Source of the DNA: Lama guanicoe
Taxonomy: Eukaryota
Assembly (NCBI GenBank): GCA_013239625.1
Contig: MU053934.1
Coordinates: 6,838,399 to 6,902,398, forward strand
Direction of reading: 5' to 3'
Length of the DNA: 64,000 nucleotides
Each line of letters begins with the position of its first letter. The stretch's first letter is position 1. Of the stretch, positions 12,314 to 25,480 are shown piece after piece. The notes under the pieces are model-generated. The model made no database searches. It was not told the origin of the DNA and was given only the letters and a program-made list of their open reading frames with translations. Both the position numbers and the translations under genes were made by a program.

Positions 12314-14279
12314 AGATAATGTTGTTCATGGTATAAAGGGGAGGCAGAGGTTGGGGGGCAGCTCCTGGAAGAAGAAGGAAGGCACCCAGCCTGCACCGTA
12401 GGTGGGGATTCTGGGATCACAAGACGGTTGGCACTGCCCAGGTGAGGCTGAGACTCAGGGACTTCAGGGTCGGCAGCCCTGGTGAGGGGCACTTCTGGGG
12501 GTTCTCTGGCCTAGATGAACTCACCCCAAGGCCACCGATCCCAGGGCCTGGCGTAGATCCAGGTCAGCCAGCTTCTGAGGGGGAATAGGGACCAGGGAAG
12601 GGGTGCAGCATTGGCCCCCAGAAAGTAAAGCTGTGGCCTCTGGTTGTATTTCAGGAAGTGGGAGGTCACCCTCTCTGGCAGTTCTTGCCCCCAGCCCAGT
12701 GCCCCCATGGCCAGCGACTGGCCTCCCTCCTGTCCCCTAGCTAACATGGGCCACAACACCGCTTGCTTGGCCATCAGATGCCTTGGGGGAGAGCTGTCCC
12801 TGCTCAGTGATCCCGCATCTAACCCAATGCCTCTGACACAATGCCTCCCGCAGCAACGCCCACCCACCTTGTTGAAGGGCCAGGAGGTCAGGCTGTGCTG
12901 GGAGGGAGGCTGGAACAGCCTCGAGGGAGGAACACTGCCCCCGCCTCTTCAAAAGCCATCTTGGCAAGGCATTAGCTAAACATCTCCTGGTCCCTGAGGC
13001 TTCCCCTGTGAAGTCTGCAATGTTCAAACGCAACCAGCAAATCCCCCGAGACAGGTCCCGGGAATTAGCCGCCCGGCGGATGAAAGCGGCTCTGATGTGT
13101 GTGAGCCAGAGAGCATGCGAGAAGGGAGACCGCGTACCTGCGAGCTGCAGGGCCCAGGGGAGCAGGAACAAGCCCAGAAGTCGGGGGGCCAAGTGGGGGC
13201 CCGGTGGGGCACACCACCATGGAGGCCAGCTCTCCATCCTGGCCTCCGGTCAGTGTCCCTCCTTCCTCTTCAGCTCACAGGAGGGGACAGCCTGCTGGCA
13301 GCCACAGTTCCCCTTCGCCTCCCCACCAAGCTCCTCCCTGGCCGCCCTTCTGCTTCCTCAAGGCGTCCCTTGGCTACCTCATCCCCTCAATAACTCCGGA
13401 CTTTCCGCGCAAGCAGTGGGAACAGCCCCGGGCTGGCGGGTGCCAGGTGAGGGATCGGGGCTCACATTGGTCCAGGAGAAGAACCCAGTGGGGTATCTCC
13501 CCTCCTCGGCCCCTGTCCAGCTGGCGGCCTGTCCAGAAGCCCTGGTGACAGAGGGGCCCCAGGATTCCCATGGGTAACCCCAGGGCTGGTTTAGCTGCTC
13601 ACATCTGAAACTTTTTTTAAAAAAAACAACCACATTTACAAAAACTTCCCCTCTGAGAGACTCAGGAGCCTCTTGATGAATGTGGTTCTCAGAGAGCAGG
13701 GTTTTGGGTGGGGGCAGAAGTGGTTGGGAGAATGGGGAGGGGCAGGCAGTCGGGGTGAGGGCAGGAGCCACAGGCTCCCAGCTTTACGTGGTGCCCAAAA
13801 GGCAGCCACCCGTCTCAGCCCAGCGACGGCCACCGAGGGACCCCAGCAGAGGCCCAGCGAATGCCTCCACTCAGGCCCACCTCAAATGTCTTTCCTCCCT
13901 GCAGCTTCCCTAAATTTGCGTTCATCCCCTCCCCCACCAGGAGACACATGAATTGCTTCCCCATCTGGCTCGGACCACAGCCCCTGTCCTCACTTCCACA
14001 GGCACCAACATAGAAGGGTAATTATTTGCCAACTGGGCCTCTTTCGCCAGCAGACTGGAAGCTGTTCAGCCCTGGCATTCCAGACCCCAGCACCGGGGAA
14101 CACTGGATGGCGTGGGGGACAGATGTCTGCCTGTGTGTCTGCAGCGGCAGAGGGAAGGGGTCTGGGGTGGTGTTAGGAGGCAGCTGGCATGTGGAGGGAG
14201 CTGGGGTGAATGGCAGGTGGTGGGTTTCCGCACAAGCCGAGCACGTCCCCTCCTTCCTCCATCAGTGCCCTTCAACCCT

Positions 14280-14400
14280 CTAGATAAAGATTATTATCCC
14301 CATTGTACAAACTATGCCCCCAAGAGACAAAGCAACTTGCCTAAGATCGGGGCAGGTACTTGGGGGGGGGCATTTAATGCCCAGGTGTGTGAAGCCGGAG
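14280..14400 (-). mobile_element. MIR fragment
   Basis: attattatccccattgtaca...gcaacttgcctaagatc. Confidence 0.55.
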
Positions 14401-15774
14401 CCTCTCACCCTACGCTTGACGTGGCCCCCAGTGATGGCAGGACAGGTTCTAGGTTCCACCCTCTGTCCGAATGCTCTTCCTTTGGCCACTTTGCACACAA
14501 ACAGTGAAAGCCAGATGAGGTTTCTCACCAACTCCAGGAGTGCCAGGAGGACCGCAAGCAGGAGCAGGGCCCGCCCACCAGGTGAGGAAGACGTATGAAC
14601 ACGAGATGTTTCCTACTGGCTGGGGGGCGGCGGGGACCCCAGTGGTATTGACTGTTGATCCATCACAGTGATATATGATCGCATATGTCACAGCAAGACA
14701 CAGATAATCTGCTTCACGCTGTTTCCGAGCTCCTGGGGGTAGCAGGTTGTCTAAGCACCTCGATGCCATGGTGATAGACGTCATGTTAATGCCTCCACGC
14801 ACGGAGGGAGCATTAGAAAGGTATCGGTCTGCGCCTCCGGGAGTCTCTTTATGACTTGGCATCGGGAGGCAGCTGAGTGCCAGGCTGCCTCGGAACATGG
14901 ACCCGGCTCTGCCTCCACCCCTGCCTGTCTGCTCCTGGGCTGCTGCCCCCTCGTCCCTAACGGTGCAGCCCATGCTCCAGATCTGCACACCCGGAGCCCC
15001 GGGAGCTTTGCTGCCTCCGGGCCTGGGTCCAGCCCACAGCCTCTTACCTGCCCAGGGCCTCCTGTTTTGTCTTCTTCACCCCTAACTCCCCTGAGCCCAG
15101 CACAGTGCTGACACCTAGTATGTGCTTGATAAGTATCGGTGCACGGATGATGGATGAATGAGCATTAGATGGGGGTAAAGTGCCTTCCTCCTGGGCTTCC
15201 TGTGAGGGTGGGTGCCTAACATCAAGCCTGGCACACAGTAGGCTCCCAACAGACCTCAGTGGGATGGTGGGACTCCAGGGTGGGATGGGAGGAGGCCCAC
15301 GCCCTCCCCATTCAGGCTCCTGGGCTCTAGAGCACATATGTGACTTGAAACGAAGTGGTAAGGGTCTTGGGTCATTATTGAGTTTCCCAGATGCTCTGAA
15401 GCCACACAGCCTCCTGGGGAGAGGCAGGCACCGACACTCTGCACAGAGTCAGTGGGCCCAGGCTGTATTGTCAGCGCCTTAGGGATCAGGTTGATGGAAA
15501 TGAAACTGCAACACATTCAGAAACCTCATTTTCTTCAAAATTCTCCACCTTCTTTCACCAGTGAACTTGCTGGACTTTGCTCATCAACTCTTTTCCTCCC
15601 TTGTCCTGGGCGGGACCTACGAATAAGCGGGTGAAAGGAAGAGCAGAGGACACGAGGCCCTGTTGGCATCTCCCGTGGGCAGCCCCGGGCTTTGCAGCCT
15701 TTGGGCCAGGCGCCCACAGCTGAGTCTGCAGGCAAGGGCCCTGGAGGCAGCGCATTTCAGCTCTTACTCTGATC

Positions 15775-15970
15775 CAGTCATCTGTCCGCCTGTCCATCCA
15801 TCTATCCATCCATCCGTCCATCCATCCATCCGTTGGTCCATTTATTCATCCGTTCACTTATCCATCCACCCCTTCACATTTTGCTGAGTGCCTGTTCTGC
15901 ACCAGGCACTGGCCTCAGCAGAAGGATGCGGAAGTGAAAGACCTCGCCTTTGAGGGGCCCATCTATTGGT
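15775..15970 (-). repeat. (TCCA)n simple repeat running into an antisense L2 tail
   Basis: tccatccatctatccatcc... then tttgctgagtgcctgttctgcaccaggcactg. Confidence 0.75.
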
Positions 15971-16029
15971 GGAAGAGGGATAATCAGCACAATTAAGCAT
16001 CAAATAACAGTTCAGAGCCATTAATCAAC

Positions 16030-16230
16030 ACCAGACACTGTCCAGGATGATTTTAATCTACACGTCAATTTAATCCTCACTGCAATCCCATAAGGTAGGT
16101 ACTATGATCACTTCCATTTTACAGATAAGGACATTGAGGCACAGGGAGGTTAAAATAAAATTTGCCCAAGACCACACAACTAAGAAATGTGTCCAGGGGA
16201 AGCGACTCTGAGGATAGCTCCTGCTCACTG
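16030..16230 (-). mobile_element. MIR
   Basis: atttaatcctcactgcaatcccataaggtagg...ccattttacagataaggacattgaggcacagggaggttaa. Confidence 0.85.
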
Positions 16231-16829
16231 CTCCAGCCCACCTCACTGGTAGAAGTGTGTACAGAGCAAAGAGGGAGGCAGGGGAAGAAGCGAATTACTT
16301 GGGGTGGAGAGGGTAGGGGGTGCCCAGGAGGACTTCGTAGAGGAGGTGGCAGTTGTGAAGGAGGAGGAAATGGGAGAGCACACATGTCCCCTGCAGTCCT
16401 AAGACGCCTTGTCCACACAAAAATTAAAACTTTCCAAACTGGACTGCAATTGCTGGCCTCTGTACACTTAACAGCCTACTGTGCGCCAGGCAGACTTTAG
16501 TCATAGTTTTGCCCTCAAGATGTTCCCCATCTCCAGAGAAAAACAGAATCCCCAGATAGGATTTCCAACTGCCCCAAGTGAGCGAGGGTGAGTGAGCAAG
16601 CGAGGCGAGGCCCCTGGCCTGGCTGTGTTTGGCTCTGATGCTCAGAAGCTGCGACGTCTCCTTTGGTTTCCTCCCCAGGCTGCACTGAGCTCTCTGTTAC
16701 TAGAGGTGTGCAAACCCATCTGGAGGCCATCTGCCCTGCACGAGGTGGGAGACTGCTGCCCGGCCTGGAAGGCTGGCCTGGCCAGTCTCCAAAGTCCCTT
16801 CTCAGTTCAAGCTGCCCTGATTTTCACCT

Positions 16830-17060
16830 GTTTATGAAGTATTTCTTTCATGACAGACACAGTTCTAAAGGCTTTTCATGTACTGACTACTTCAGTCCTT
16901 ACAGAACCGTCATGTGGGTGGGTGTTATTACTGGCCCTATTTTACAGAGGAGGGAGCTGAAGTTCAGAGATGGTAAGCCACTTGCCTAAAGCCACACAGC
17001 TAGTAAGCAGTGGAACAAGGGCTTGAGCTCCTTGGCTGCACTTTTAATCACTATGTTCTC
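16830..17060 (-). mobile_element. MIR
   Basis: ctattttacagaggagggagctgaagttcagagatggtaagccacttgcctaaagccacacagctagtaag. Confidence 0.85.
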
Positions 17061-17532
17061 CTGTGATTCATTTGATTCTCCCAGCGGGGCTGGTATTACA
17101 ACCTTTACTTAGTGATGGAGAGAAACAGAGTAAGTGGGCTGCTTGGGGTCTCAGAGGGGACCGGAGTCCAGGGTTTTCCTACTGACAAAATACTAAGAGT
17201 TAGATAAGACTTTCCTCGCTAACTCTGTTGGGAGGAGGCAGCAAGGAGCTACACCCCCTCCCAAGTGCCTGCCACAATGAAAATAATCTTAAAGGTCTGA
17301 AAAAAACAAAGATGGCATCGTTTTTCAACCTTTATTCCATGTTTACCATGTGCCAAGGCCTTGTTAGGTTTAGGCCCTGGTACAGCTGTGTCCCTGGGAG
17401 AGACCAGCACGGACCAGGAGGCTAATCATTGGAGGGTCTTGGGTGCAGGCACCAGAGCTTGAAGGTCTTGCACTAATGCTGTCCCCCCTTCCCCTCTGGC
17501 CAGGGGACAGCCCCCAGGTTGTTCTGTGCTGA

Positions 17533-17550
17533 TGGCGCCACCTGGTGGCA
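17533..17550 (-). promoter_or_regulatory. CTCF binding motif
   Basis: The minus strand reads TGCCACCAGGTGGCGCCA, a near-perfect CTCF core consensus, in non-repeat sequence. Confidence 0.7.
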
Positions 17551-18451
17551 TATGTGGCTCTCACCTGGGATGTCTTCCTCTCCACCAGCGGCCTCTTCCC
17601 TCTCTAGGGGTCTTGGGCTGCCCAGAGGCCACCAGCCAGGGCTTGAGAAGCAACATTATACAGTGGTGGTGGTGGTGGGGGAGCGGACAGGGCAGGCAGG
17701 ACTGGGAATGTGCTGGGGGCTGGGCGTGCCGGCTGCAGGGCCCCACCGCGCCTGCCTCTCTGCCGCCTTTTCTCCTCACCCACAGGAGCCTCCTTAGAGC
17801 CCGCCCCTCTCTGTTCTAACAGTGGCTTTGGCTGGGAGCACTTTAACTCCTCTTGGGGGAACTTCATGGGAAGCAGTAATTGGACCCCAGGCAAACCAGT
17901 CCCTGGCTTTGCAGGGACAACTGGGGACTTTCCAGGCAGGACTCCTCATGGTGAGTTCAGCCAATTAAGGAAGCAATTAGCCTCCCCTGAGGCTAATTCA
18001 TGCATCATCACTCCACACAGTTCTATGGTCCTTTGGGACAAAGGGCCTCCGTCCCTGTGGGCAGAGGGATGTGTGTGGCAGCCACTAACCACAAAGACTC
18101 CAGGCCTCACCCAAGATCCAGCTCCACGAGGCTCTGGGAGGCCAGAGGACCCGTGTGTTTAACAGCTGCTGCTTCTCACACTTGAGCAACTGCCCGAAGC
18201 ACTTCCCAAGGCAGATCCCCAAGGGGCTGTGGGCAGGACGGGCAGCTCTCCAGGCAGCCTGCTTTGAGGGGCCACTGGCCAACGAGAGCCCTTCAAAGAG
18301 AATTGGTGGTCCCTCTCTCCTTCCCTCTCTTTTTCCTCTCACTTGTCTCCCCTCCTCCACCCTTCCCCTTGGAAGGCCAGCTGGTAAATCTGGAACAAAT
18401 CCCCTCCATTTACACGCCTCCTACCGACCGGGGTTGGGGTAGGGGGTGGGC

Positions 18452-18556
18452 AGTTTCATCACTTACAATATGGGGGATAGATATCTGCCTTGCACTGATT
18501 GGTGAAGAAAAGTTGTAGTAACAGATGTGAGAGCACTTTGCAAAGAATAAGACGTT
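18452..18556 (+). mobile_element. Ancient MIR3/CORE-SINE-like fragment
   Basis: cagtttcatcacttacaatatgggggatagatatctgcc...gtgagagcactttgcaaa. Confidence 0.45.
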
Positions 18557-20459
18557 GGCTGAAAGTAACTGTCCTGCCTTAAACCTTTCCCGAGCCTCTC
18601 TCCTGCAGGTCTCTTCACAAGGGGCTGGGGCAGGGGCAGCATTCACAGAGAACAAGAGTCCAGCCCTGGGAGGTGAGGCAGGTACAGCCCCCACAGGTGG
18701 GCAGTTATGGATGAGGAAATCTGCAGGTCTGGGGGGCAGCAGGGAGACATGCAGAGGGGGTGGGGAGTGGGAACCGGAGGAGGGTCAGAATGGGAAACCT
18801 TCCAGGCAGCGTGGGGCCCTCCAGTTGGCCCTGGTAGGGCTCTGGAAGCAGGGTGTGGGGGCTGGGCAGCGGCAGGGGACTCTCCCACCAGCCGACCCGA
18901 CCCCTCGGGAAAGCTCTGCCCTCCCTCTCCTCCCTGCCCGGAGCTGCTCGTCCTCTCACCTGTCTCCCCATCGCACTGTGGCTAGGCCAGCTCCCTCAGA
19001 CTCCTGTGCCCGGGGCGGGGGGGACCTGGGTCACAGTCAGAAGGACTTAGGTTCACAAATGGCAAAGAACCCAGGTCAATACCTCTAATTCCTATGGGAG
19101 TCCAGAAGTCCCTCCAATGACCCACAAGGAACTTTTGTTCACTCGTTCATTCATTCAACAAACATCTCCAAGGCATTGCTCTGGGCCAGGCCAGGGTCCT
19201 GGGCACCCTCCACCTAGGACAGTCACAACCTAGTGGGAACCCAGCCTGAAGGGGACCCAAGCCCAGAGCAGGCTGAGCCTGCCAAGGAAACCACGGCCAC
19301 AGCATTCACAAAGTCTTAGTAAGAAGCTCCCTGGAGCAGAAGACAGAGAACCAGCAGGAGGGGCTGGGATGTCAGGTCCAGGCTAAGGAGGGGAGGCGGG
19401 AGAGGGGCCCAGGGGGGCCAGACTGGGAAGGTCTTCCTCCTCCCCCATCCTCTGATGAAACTACCTTCTCTCTCCAGGGTCAACAGTCAGATGAATAAAA
19501 ACATTTATTTTTCTGTTAAAAAATTACTGGTATTGCAATAGTATCAATTTCTACTGTTTGCATTTCACATGTATAGATTTTCAGCCACACTCTGAGTTAA
19601 GCAGCTTTCTAGCTGTTCCTGGAAGCCTGGCCTCATTTATGATACAGTTTCTGAGTGGAAAGACTTTCTCCGGAAGACAGCTCATTTGGAAGTAAAGAGA
19701 CTTCCTGCGTTCACTGGAGTGAAAATCTCGCTCTGTACAAAGCACTGAGGAGAGGCCGTGGGCTCTGTAGGACCAGAAACCCGCAAGGGGCGTGCTGATG
19801 GGCAAGAGCCCCTCATCCAGACAGAAAAAGGAAGGGAAAGAATCAGCTGAGGCAAATACTCCTGAGGCATTTCCAGCTGGTCACAGCAGGTGAGCAGCTG
19901 CCCTGGGGCCCTGAGAGCTCACTCACCCTGAAGCCTCCTGCTCAGGAAGCGCCCCCACCCCCAGGAGGCCAGAGGGAGGTGTTTCAGGCTCCTTTCATCC
20001 GAGACGTGGGCAAAAGTATTCCTGAGCAGCAGCCCAGCCTGGCGGGGCGCCTGTGCCTGAGTCACTGCATCCCTGTGCCCCGCTGGCCGTTACTTTTCCT
20101 TTTTTCCTTCCCTGAATGTATTTACTGATCTTTATGTCACCACTCCCTGGAAGATGAGACATGCATATGTTGTGACCATCCCTGAGGTGCCCACGGGACC
20201 GGGGCTGGGCTCCTGGTCAGAGGCAGCTGAACTCAGAGTTTGCCACCTGACCTGGGGCTTGAACCCAGGCAAAGTTCCCCTCACTCCTCACCCACAGCCT
20301 TCCAGTCCCCTTTGACAGCGCCCTGCGGTCCCCTTCCCTCAACATCGAATTGCCCACTCTGTCCTGGCCAGTGCCTAGGGGAGGGGAGGGTGTGGGGCAG
20401 GTGGCCCCAGAGCGAACGGACCTCGTCTTTGCCAGATGCTGGGCTTGCTCCATCCTCTC

Positions 20460-20610
20460 AGCCACCCTGTCAGGCAGGTTCTACTGTATCCACATTTTGC
20501 AGATGAGGAAACTGAGACCCAGAGAAGGGAAGTCACTTTTCCAAGACCATACAGTCAGCAAGGGCAGAGCTAGGGTTGGAATCCAGTCCCGCCTGCTCAC
20601 AAGAGCTGCC
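20460..20610 (-). mobile_element. MIR
   Basis: cattttgcagatgaggaaactgagacccagagaagggaagtcact. Confidence 0.85.
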
Positions 20611-21289
20611 TTGTAAGGATCTCTGGGGTGTCTGCACTCCCAGGTGAGTTATCTGCAGCCTCTCCCCCTCCCAGCCCCTAACCTGCCCCCCTCACCGGCC
20701 ATAGCCATCCCTTCCAGGGTGATGACACCCCCATCTCTGCAGGTCCTCTGCTAAGCACATGCATCTCTTGAATGAATAAATGAATGAATGGTAAACTGGG
20801 AGAGGAGTCCTGATGAGGCCTAACACAGAGATAAAAGGGGCCCCACAGGGAATTCTAACCAAATTAATAATAGATAAATATGACTTTGGTTACAAACTTG
20901 TAGAAAGTAGATGTCAGAATCTGAAAACGTAGAAAATGTAGGAAAGAATTGGCCAATGTGTAAAATTATAAAAGAACAGGAAAAGTTGGCCTCAGAATGG
21001 GGTTCCTCCTTCAATTCAATTCTTCAGGTGTTTAAACGGTGCGCCCCAGGACAGGGCCTCGTGATTGGTGCTGTGAACACTGGAAAATCAGACACCGTCC
21101 AGATCCTCCCCTTCCCCTTGTGGGGACACCAGATCCCTGTGTCACAGACTCCCCATGAGGGACATGACTCCCTGTTTGACAGAGAAAGCCCAGAGCTGCG
21201 GAAGCCAGTCAGCCAGGATCCACAGCCAGGCAGCGGCAGGACCAAGCCCCTCTCTTCTCTGTAAACCACTTGCTTTCGACGCAGAGGAA

Positions 21290-22075
21290 CTGGCGGTCTG
21301 AGGCTTACACAGTTTTGAGGGGGCTCTCAGTGGGGGGAAAAAATGCCACAATTACAGAGCCAAAATTAGGTATGACAGCGAATATTAACTTCCCCTTCTA
21401 GTGAGAGTAGAACTCACAAGTTACAAATTCTAAAAGGCTGACAAAACCATAAACATCAAGCAACTCAGGAAGGTAACAGGATATTCTGTATTAACTACCC
21501 AACCACCTCTATAACCCATCCCCTGGGATTTTCTGGAACATCATACTCCATAGACAGAGTGTAAACTTGGACCAAGTTTCCTTCATAGGTGAGCAGGAAG
21601 AATTCATGGCACATTCAGTTTCCTCACACAGGGACTAATCTTAAATGCTGCTTGGATGGCTGACCCTCGAGACCTAGTGTGGCTTTGATGTCTTCTCTGC
21701 AGGGGCTTATGAGTTTTGTGTTACGTTTGTTGGTGTCAACGTCATACAAGAAATTTATCTTAGTCCATCGTGTTCATTGGATGCCGTCTTCTTCACTCAC
21801 TGATGGAGAATCCCTGGAAACCATCCATACCCTCAACAGCCCAAGAACTGGGCTACACGGGGAGGTAACTGTGAGCCACGTGAAACAGCCCACGGTCCCG
21901 AGCTAACGCACTCCCAAGCCGACCTCCTCCAGCATGCCCACAGCCAGCCCAGCACCACCCGCCTGGACGAGAGGTGGGAAGGGAATCACAGCGGAAAAAA
22001 GTTTAACTGACTGAAGTTAGAATGTCTCCCATCTGCAAATCTCATAGAAACCTATGACCATGTGAACACACTGCA
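21290..22075. mobile_element. hAT-Tip100 Zaphod/MER115-like DNA transposon relic
   Basis: tgaggcttacacagttttgagggggctctc...caaaattaggtatga... and aaacctatgaccatgtgaacacactgc resemble the recalled Zaphod/MER115 consensus. Confidence 0.55.
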
Positions 22076-22294
22076 ATGACATATTGCAATTCAGTGGTCA
22101 AAATAAAGGATTTGCTTTTACTGAATGGCACTAATAGAGCAGTGCACGCAGGCAGGTGGAGCCAAGCCCCTCCCTGGCTGAGAAAGTGCCCCAGAGGGGA
22201 TGCCAAATTCCCCTAGTTTGTGGTCTCCCTGGGAAGGACCAGCCTTCAGAACAACTCTTGCAGGTAGGGGTGGCTTTTCTGCCTTATAGGAAAC

Positions 22295-22380
22295 TGGGTC
22301 TGGACTTGGAGGCAGGAGATCTGGGTTCAAGACCCAGCCCTGACATTTCCTACCTGTGGGCCCTGGGCAAGTCGCTGGGT
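22295..22380 (+). mobile_element. MIR fragment
   Basis: ggaggcaggagatctgggttcaagacccagccctg...ccctgggcaagtc. Confidence 0.7.
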
Positions 22381-24589
22381 CCTCCCCTCCTCTGACCCTC
22401 CCCTTCCTCCTCCGCGGGGAGACCAGCTACAGAGTGGGAGAGCCTGTAAACTGTGGGAGGCCGTGGATGTGTGGGGCTATTCCCTTCTGTCTGGGGACCA
22501 CTGCCATTTAGGACTCTGCAGGAGGTGTTTCCCACCAGGATTTTGAGCCAAACTCCCAACTGGGCTGCGGTTTACCAGCAGGCCAGTCCCTCCTCCCCGC
22601 CACCCTGGCCCGGGCCTGCCCTCCACGCCAGGCGCTCTGACTACCCAGGCACCCCAGCAGTCAGGCTCTGAGGGGCAACGAGGCCTCATTTCCTTTTCCT
22701 TTCAGGCTTGACGGATGACAGAAGGCTCCTCCTCCAGCTGCCAAGAACTCCAGCCCGCATTTTTTCTCCAACCCGATGGTGCAGGACCCAGCTCCCCTTC
22801 ATCCTTGCATCAAACGTCTGTTTGATCCGTTTTTCATCCATTTTCCCAAAACGTGGTGATTTGAGGCTGTTCTGAATCTTGCAGGACTACACGTGTTGCA
22901 CACTGGCAGTGCATGGGTGAAGCCCCAGATCTGGTATTGGATGGATGCCCTGCTGTCTGGCAGCCCCTTCATCCCCCCATGGACCCCAGGGTCCCTGGCT
23001 ATCTCCCCTCTGCCAGAGCCCCTGTAAGGGACAAGGGACACAGGATCACTTAATGCCCTCTGCAGAGGGTCAGGAGAGGCGGCGAACCTGTCCTCACTGG
23101 GTGGAGATCTGCTGCCCCCTGGAGGTCGGATAGGGAGGCGGGGGTTGGGGGAAGGGGGTTGGGAAGCATAGAACAAGGCCACATCCCTGTCCAGATAGCC
23201 TGGATTCCACAGCCTCTCTGCTCAGCCTTCCTGACAGTGAAAAAGACTGAGTTGGTGCGGGTTGAGAGTTCTGTATCTCGCATCTTTAGTAATAAGCTTT
23301 CTCATTTGGTAGCAAATCCTAGTTTATAAAGCATTTTTTTTCAACCATTTTTTCCCTTGAGCACAAAACCCTGTCGGGTGGCAGCTCCCTATGTCTTAGA
23401 GAAGGGAGGCGGGGATCCGAGAAGCTGTGCCAAGTTCATGAGTTACAGTTCAGGAGGCTTACAAGTTGGTCAAACAATGCAAAGGCCAGGGGCGCCCGGA
23501 TGGGGACCTGCAGGTGTCAGGACCAGGGAGCCAGGGGCCTGGTAGGCAGGGCTGCAGGTGGTGGGAGTGGACCCCAGACCACGGCTCAGGAAGGAGACCC
23601 TGAAATCTGAAGGGTAAGGAAGGAGACAGAACAAAGCAGGTGGAAACAAGGGCCAGTGAGGGTATTGGGGGGGCAGAGTGAAATCGGAGCTCAGAAAGTA
23701 TAATAATCAAAGATCTATAAAGAAAAAGCTCATCACCCCACCCTCCCAATCCCCAGTCCCTCTCCCCCAAAGGTGGCCACATTCTCAAGCTCACCTGCAA
23801 CCTCCTACACTCTCCTGACCTGCACACGTATAAAGCACAGAGCCATGGCCAGGGAACTGGGCTTGCTTGGTTTTACTGCCCTCGGGCCATCCTCACTCTT
23901 TTCATGTGCATGCACCTTGCTTTGGGCTTGTGGGCAGGCGGGAGTGGGGCAGCTCCCGCCTGCGCCTGGCCGGTCAGCTAAATTAGAAGGGAGGGCCAGG
24001 CAGGGCTGCAGTGGGGAAGCAGAGAGGACTGGCCCCGAAGGAGGCAGCCAGCCGGCAGGGAGCTGAAAGAAGCCAGCAGGAGGAGCTGGGGTGGGGCCGG
24101 GGGGGACAGCCCTCATCAACTAAGGGAACTGGGGAGGACAGGGGTCCCCACAGGAAAATCAAGGCTGTTCCTGGGGGTGGGCAGTGCAGGGCAGGGGAGG
24201 ATGCTGGGCCAGTAAAAACCGGCAGAACCACCCCTATCATAAAAGGATCTGTTTTTGCCAGGCTATTTTCTAATCTATCATCCACTGTCTCCCATTCCTC
24301 CTGGTCAGCTTGTTTCACCACAGACAACACCTGAGAAATTGCTGGGAGAAGGAAGGCGGGAGAAGTGACGAGGTTTATTAGGAACAGTGAGTTTGTGATT
24401 TTTCCGCTGCTGAGTGGCAACTCTAGTTCACCTCCCCCACCCTCCCCTCATGGGACGAGGAGATGGGGACAGTGAGGGGGCAGCCCTGCCCGAGGTCTGG
24501 GGGTGACGGCAGAGGACAGAGAAGGCTGTGGGGCCACCAGTGAGCACCAGGGCTCCAGCTCGCCTCTACCCTAAGAAAGTCTTACTGAA

Positions 24590-25038
24590 GGTAGTGGGTT
24601 GAATTGTGTTCCCCAAAAGATATGTTCAAGGACTAACCCACTGTGATGTGACTGTATTTGGAAATAGGGTCTTTGCAGATATAATTAATTCCTTTCATCT
24701 TGAGATGAAATCATCTTGGATTTAGGGGGGGCCTGAAATCCAAGGCTGGTGTCCTTGTCAGAAGAGGAGAGGACACACAGAGACACCAGAAGGAAGGACA
24801 TGTGAAGATGGAGGCAGAGACTGAGGTGATGTTGTTGCAAGCCAAGGGGTGCTGGGGGCCACCAGCAGCTGGAAGAGGAAAGGCAGGATTCTCCCCAGAA
24901 CCTTCATCAGGAGCGCGACCCTGCCAATGTCTTGATTTTGCACTGCTAACGTCTAAAACTATGAGAGGATAAATATCTGTGGTTTGAAGCCACCCAGTTC
25001 GTGGTGCTTTGTTATGGCAGACTCAGGAAACTAATACA
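24590..25038 (+). mobile_element. MaLR solo LTR (MLT1B/MLT1C-like)
   Basis: gggttgaattgtgttccccaaaagatatgttcaa...aagccacccagttcgtggtgctttgttatggcag...ggaaactaataca; perfect 5-bp TSD ctgaa at 24585-24589 and 25039-25043. Confidence 0.9.
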
Positions 25039-25261
25039 CTGAATAAAGAAACCAAGAGAGGATCATTAGAAAGAATGGTGAATTTCCTTAAGAGAAGGCA
25101 GGTGAGTGATTTTAAACATCTCTGAAGCCACTTGGGAGCAACCCTTTTACAACACAGAGTTGTAGGAGGGAAATAAAGTAATCTTTTATTGTCAGGACAC
25201 ATAGCCTTATGAAAAGTCTGGAAAACAGAAAAGAGCATTTACCTGTAATCCCATGATACCC

Positions 25262-25480
25262 TTTGGACTCTGCAGACCTGGCTTCAAATCCCCACTCCAT
25301 CTTCCTTTTGACTAGGATGTAATTCACTTCTCTGAGCCTCTATTTACTCATCTGTGAAGTGGGGACAATAATCCTGCCCTCCCAGATTTGTTAGGATTAA
25401 ATAAGAAAACACACTCGAGGTCCCAGCATGTGCCTGGCTACTCTTCACATCTTAGTAAGGTGCTCATTGAATACTTGTTC
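25262..25480 (+). mobile_element. MIR
   Basis: cacttctctgagcctctatttactcatctgtgaagtggggacaataat...aggattaaataag. Confidence 0.8.

Noticed and set aside
14449..14988. 179-aa minus-strand ORF overlapping the conserved-looking block
   Set aside because: No protein similarity that I recognise and no clear exon boundaries; a regulatory element explains the block better.
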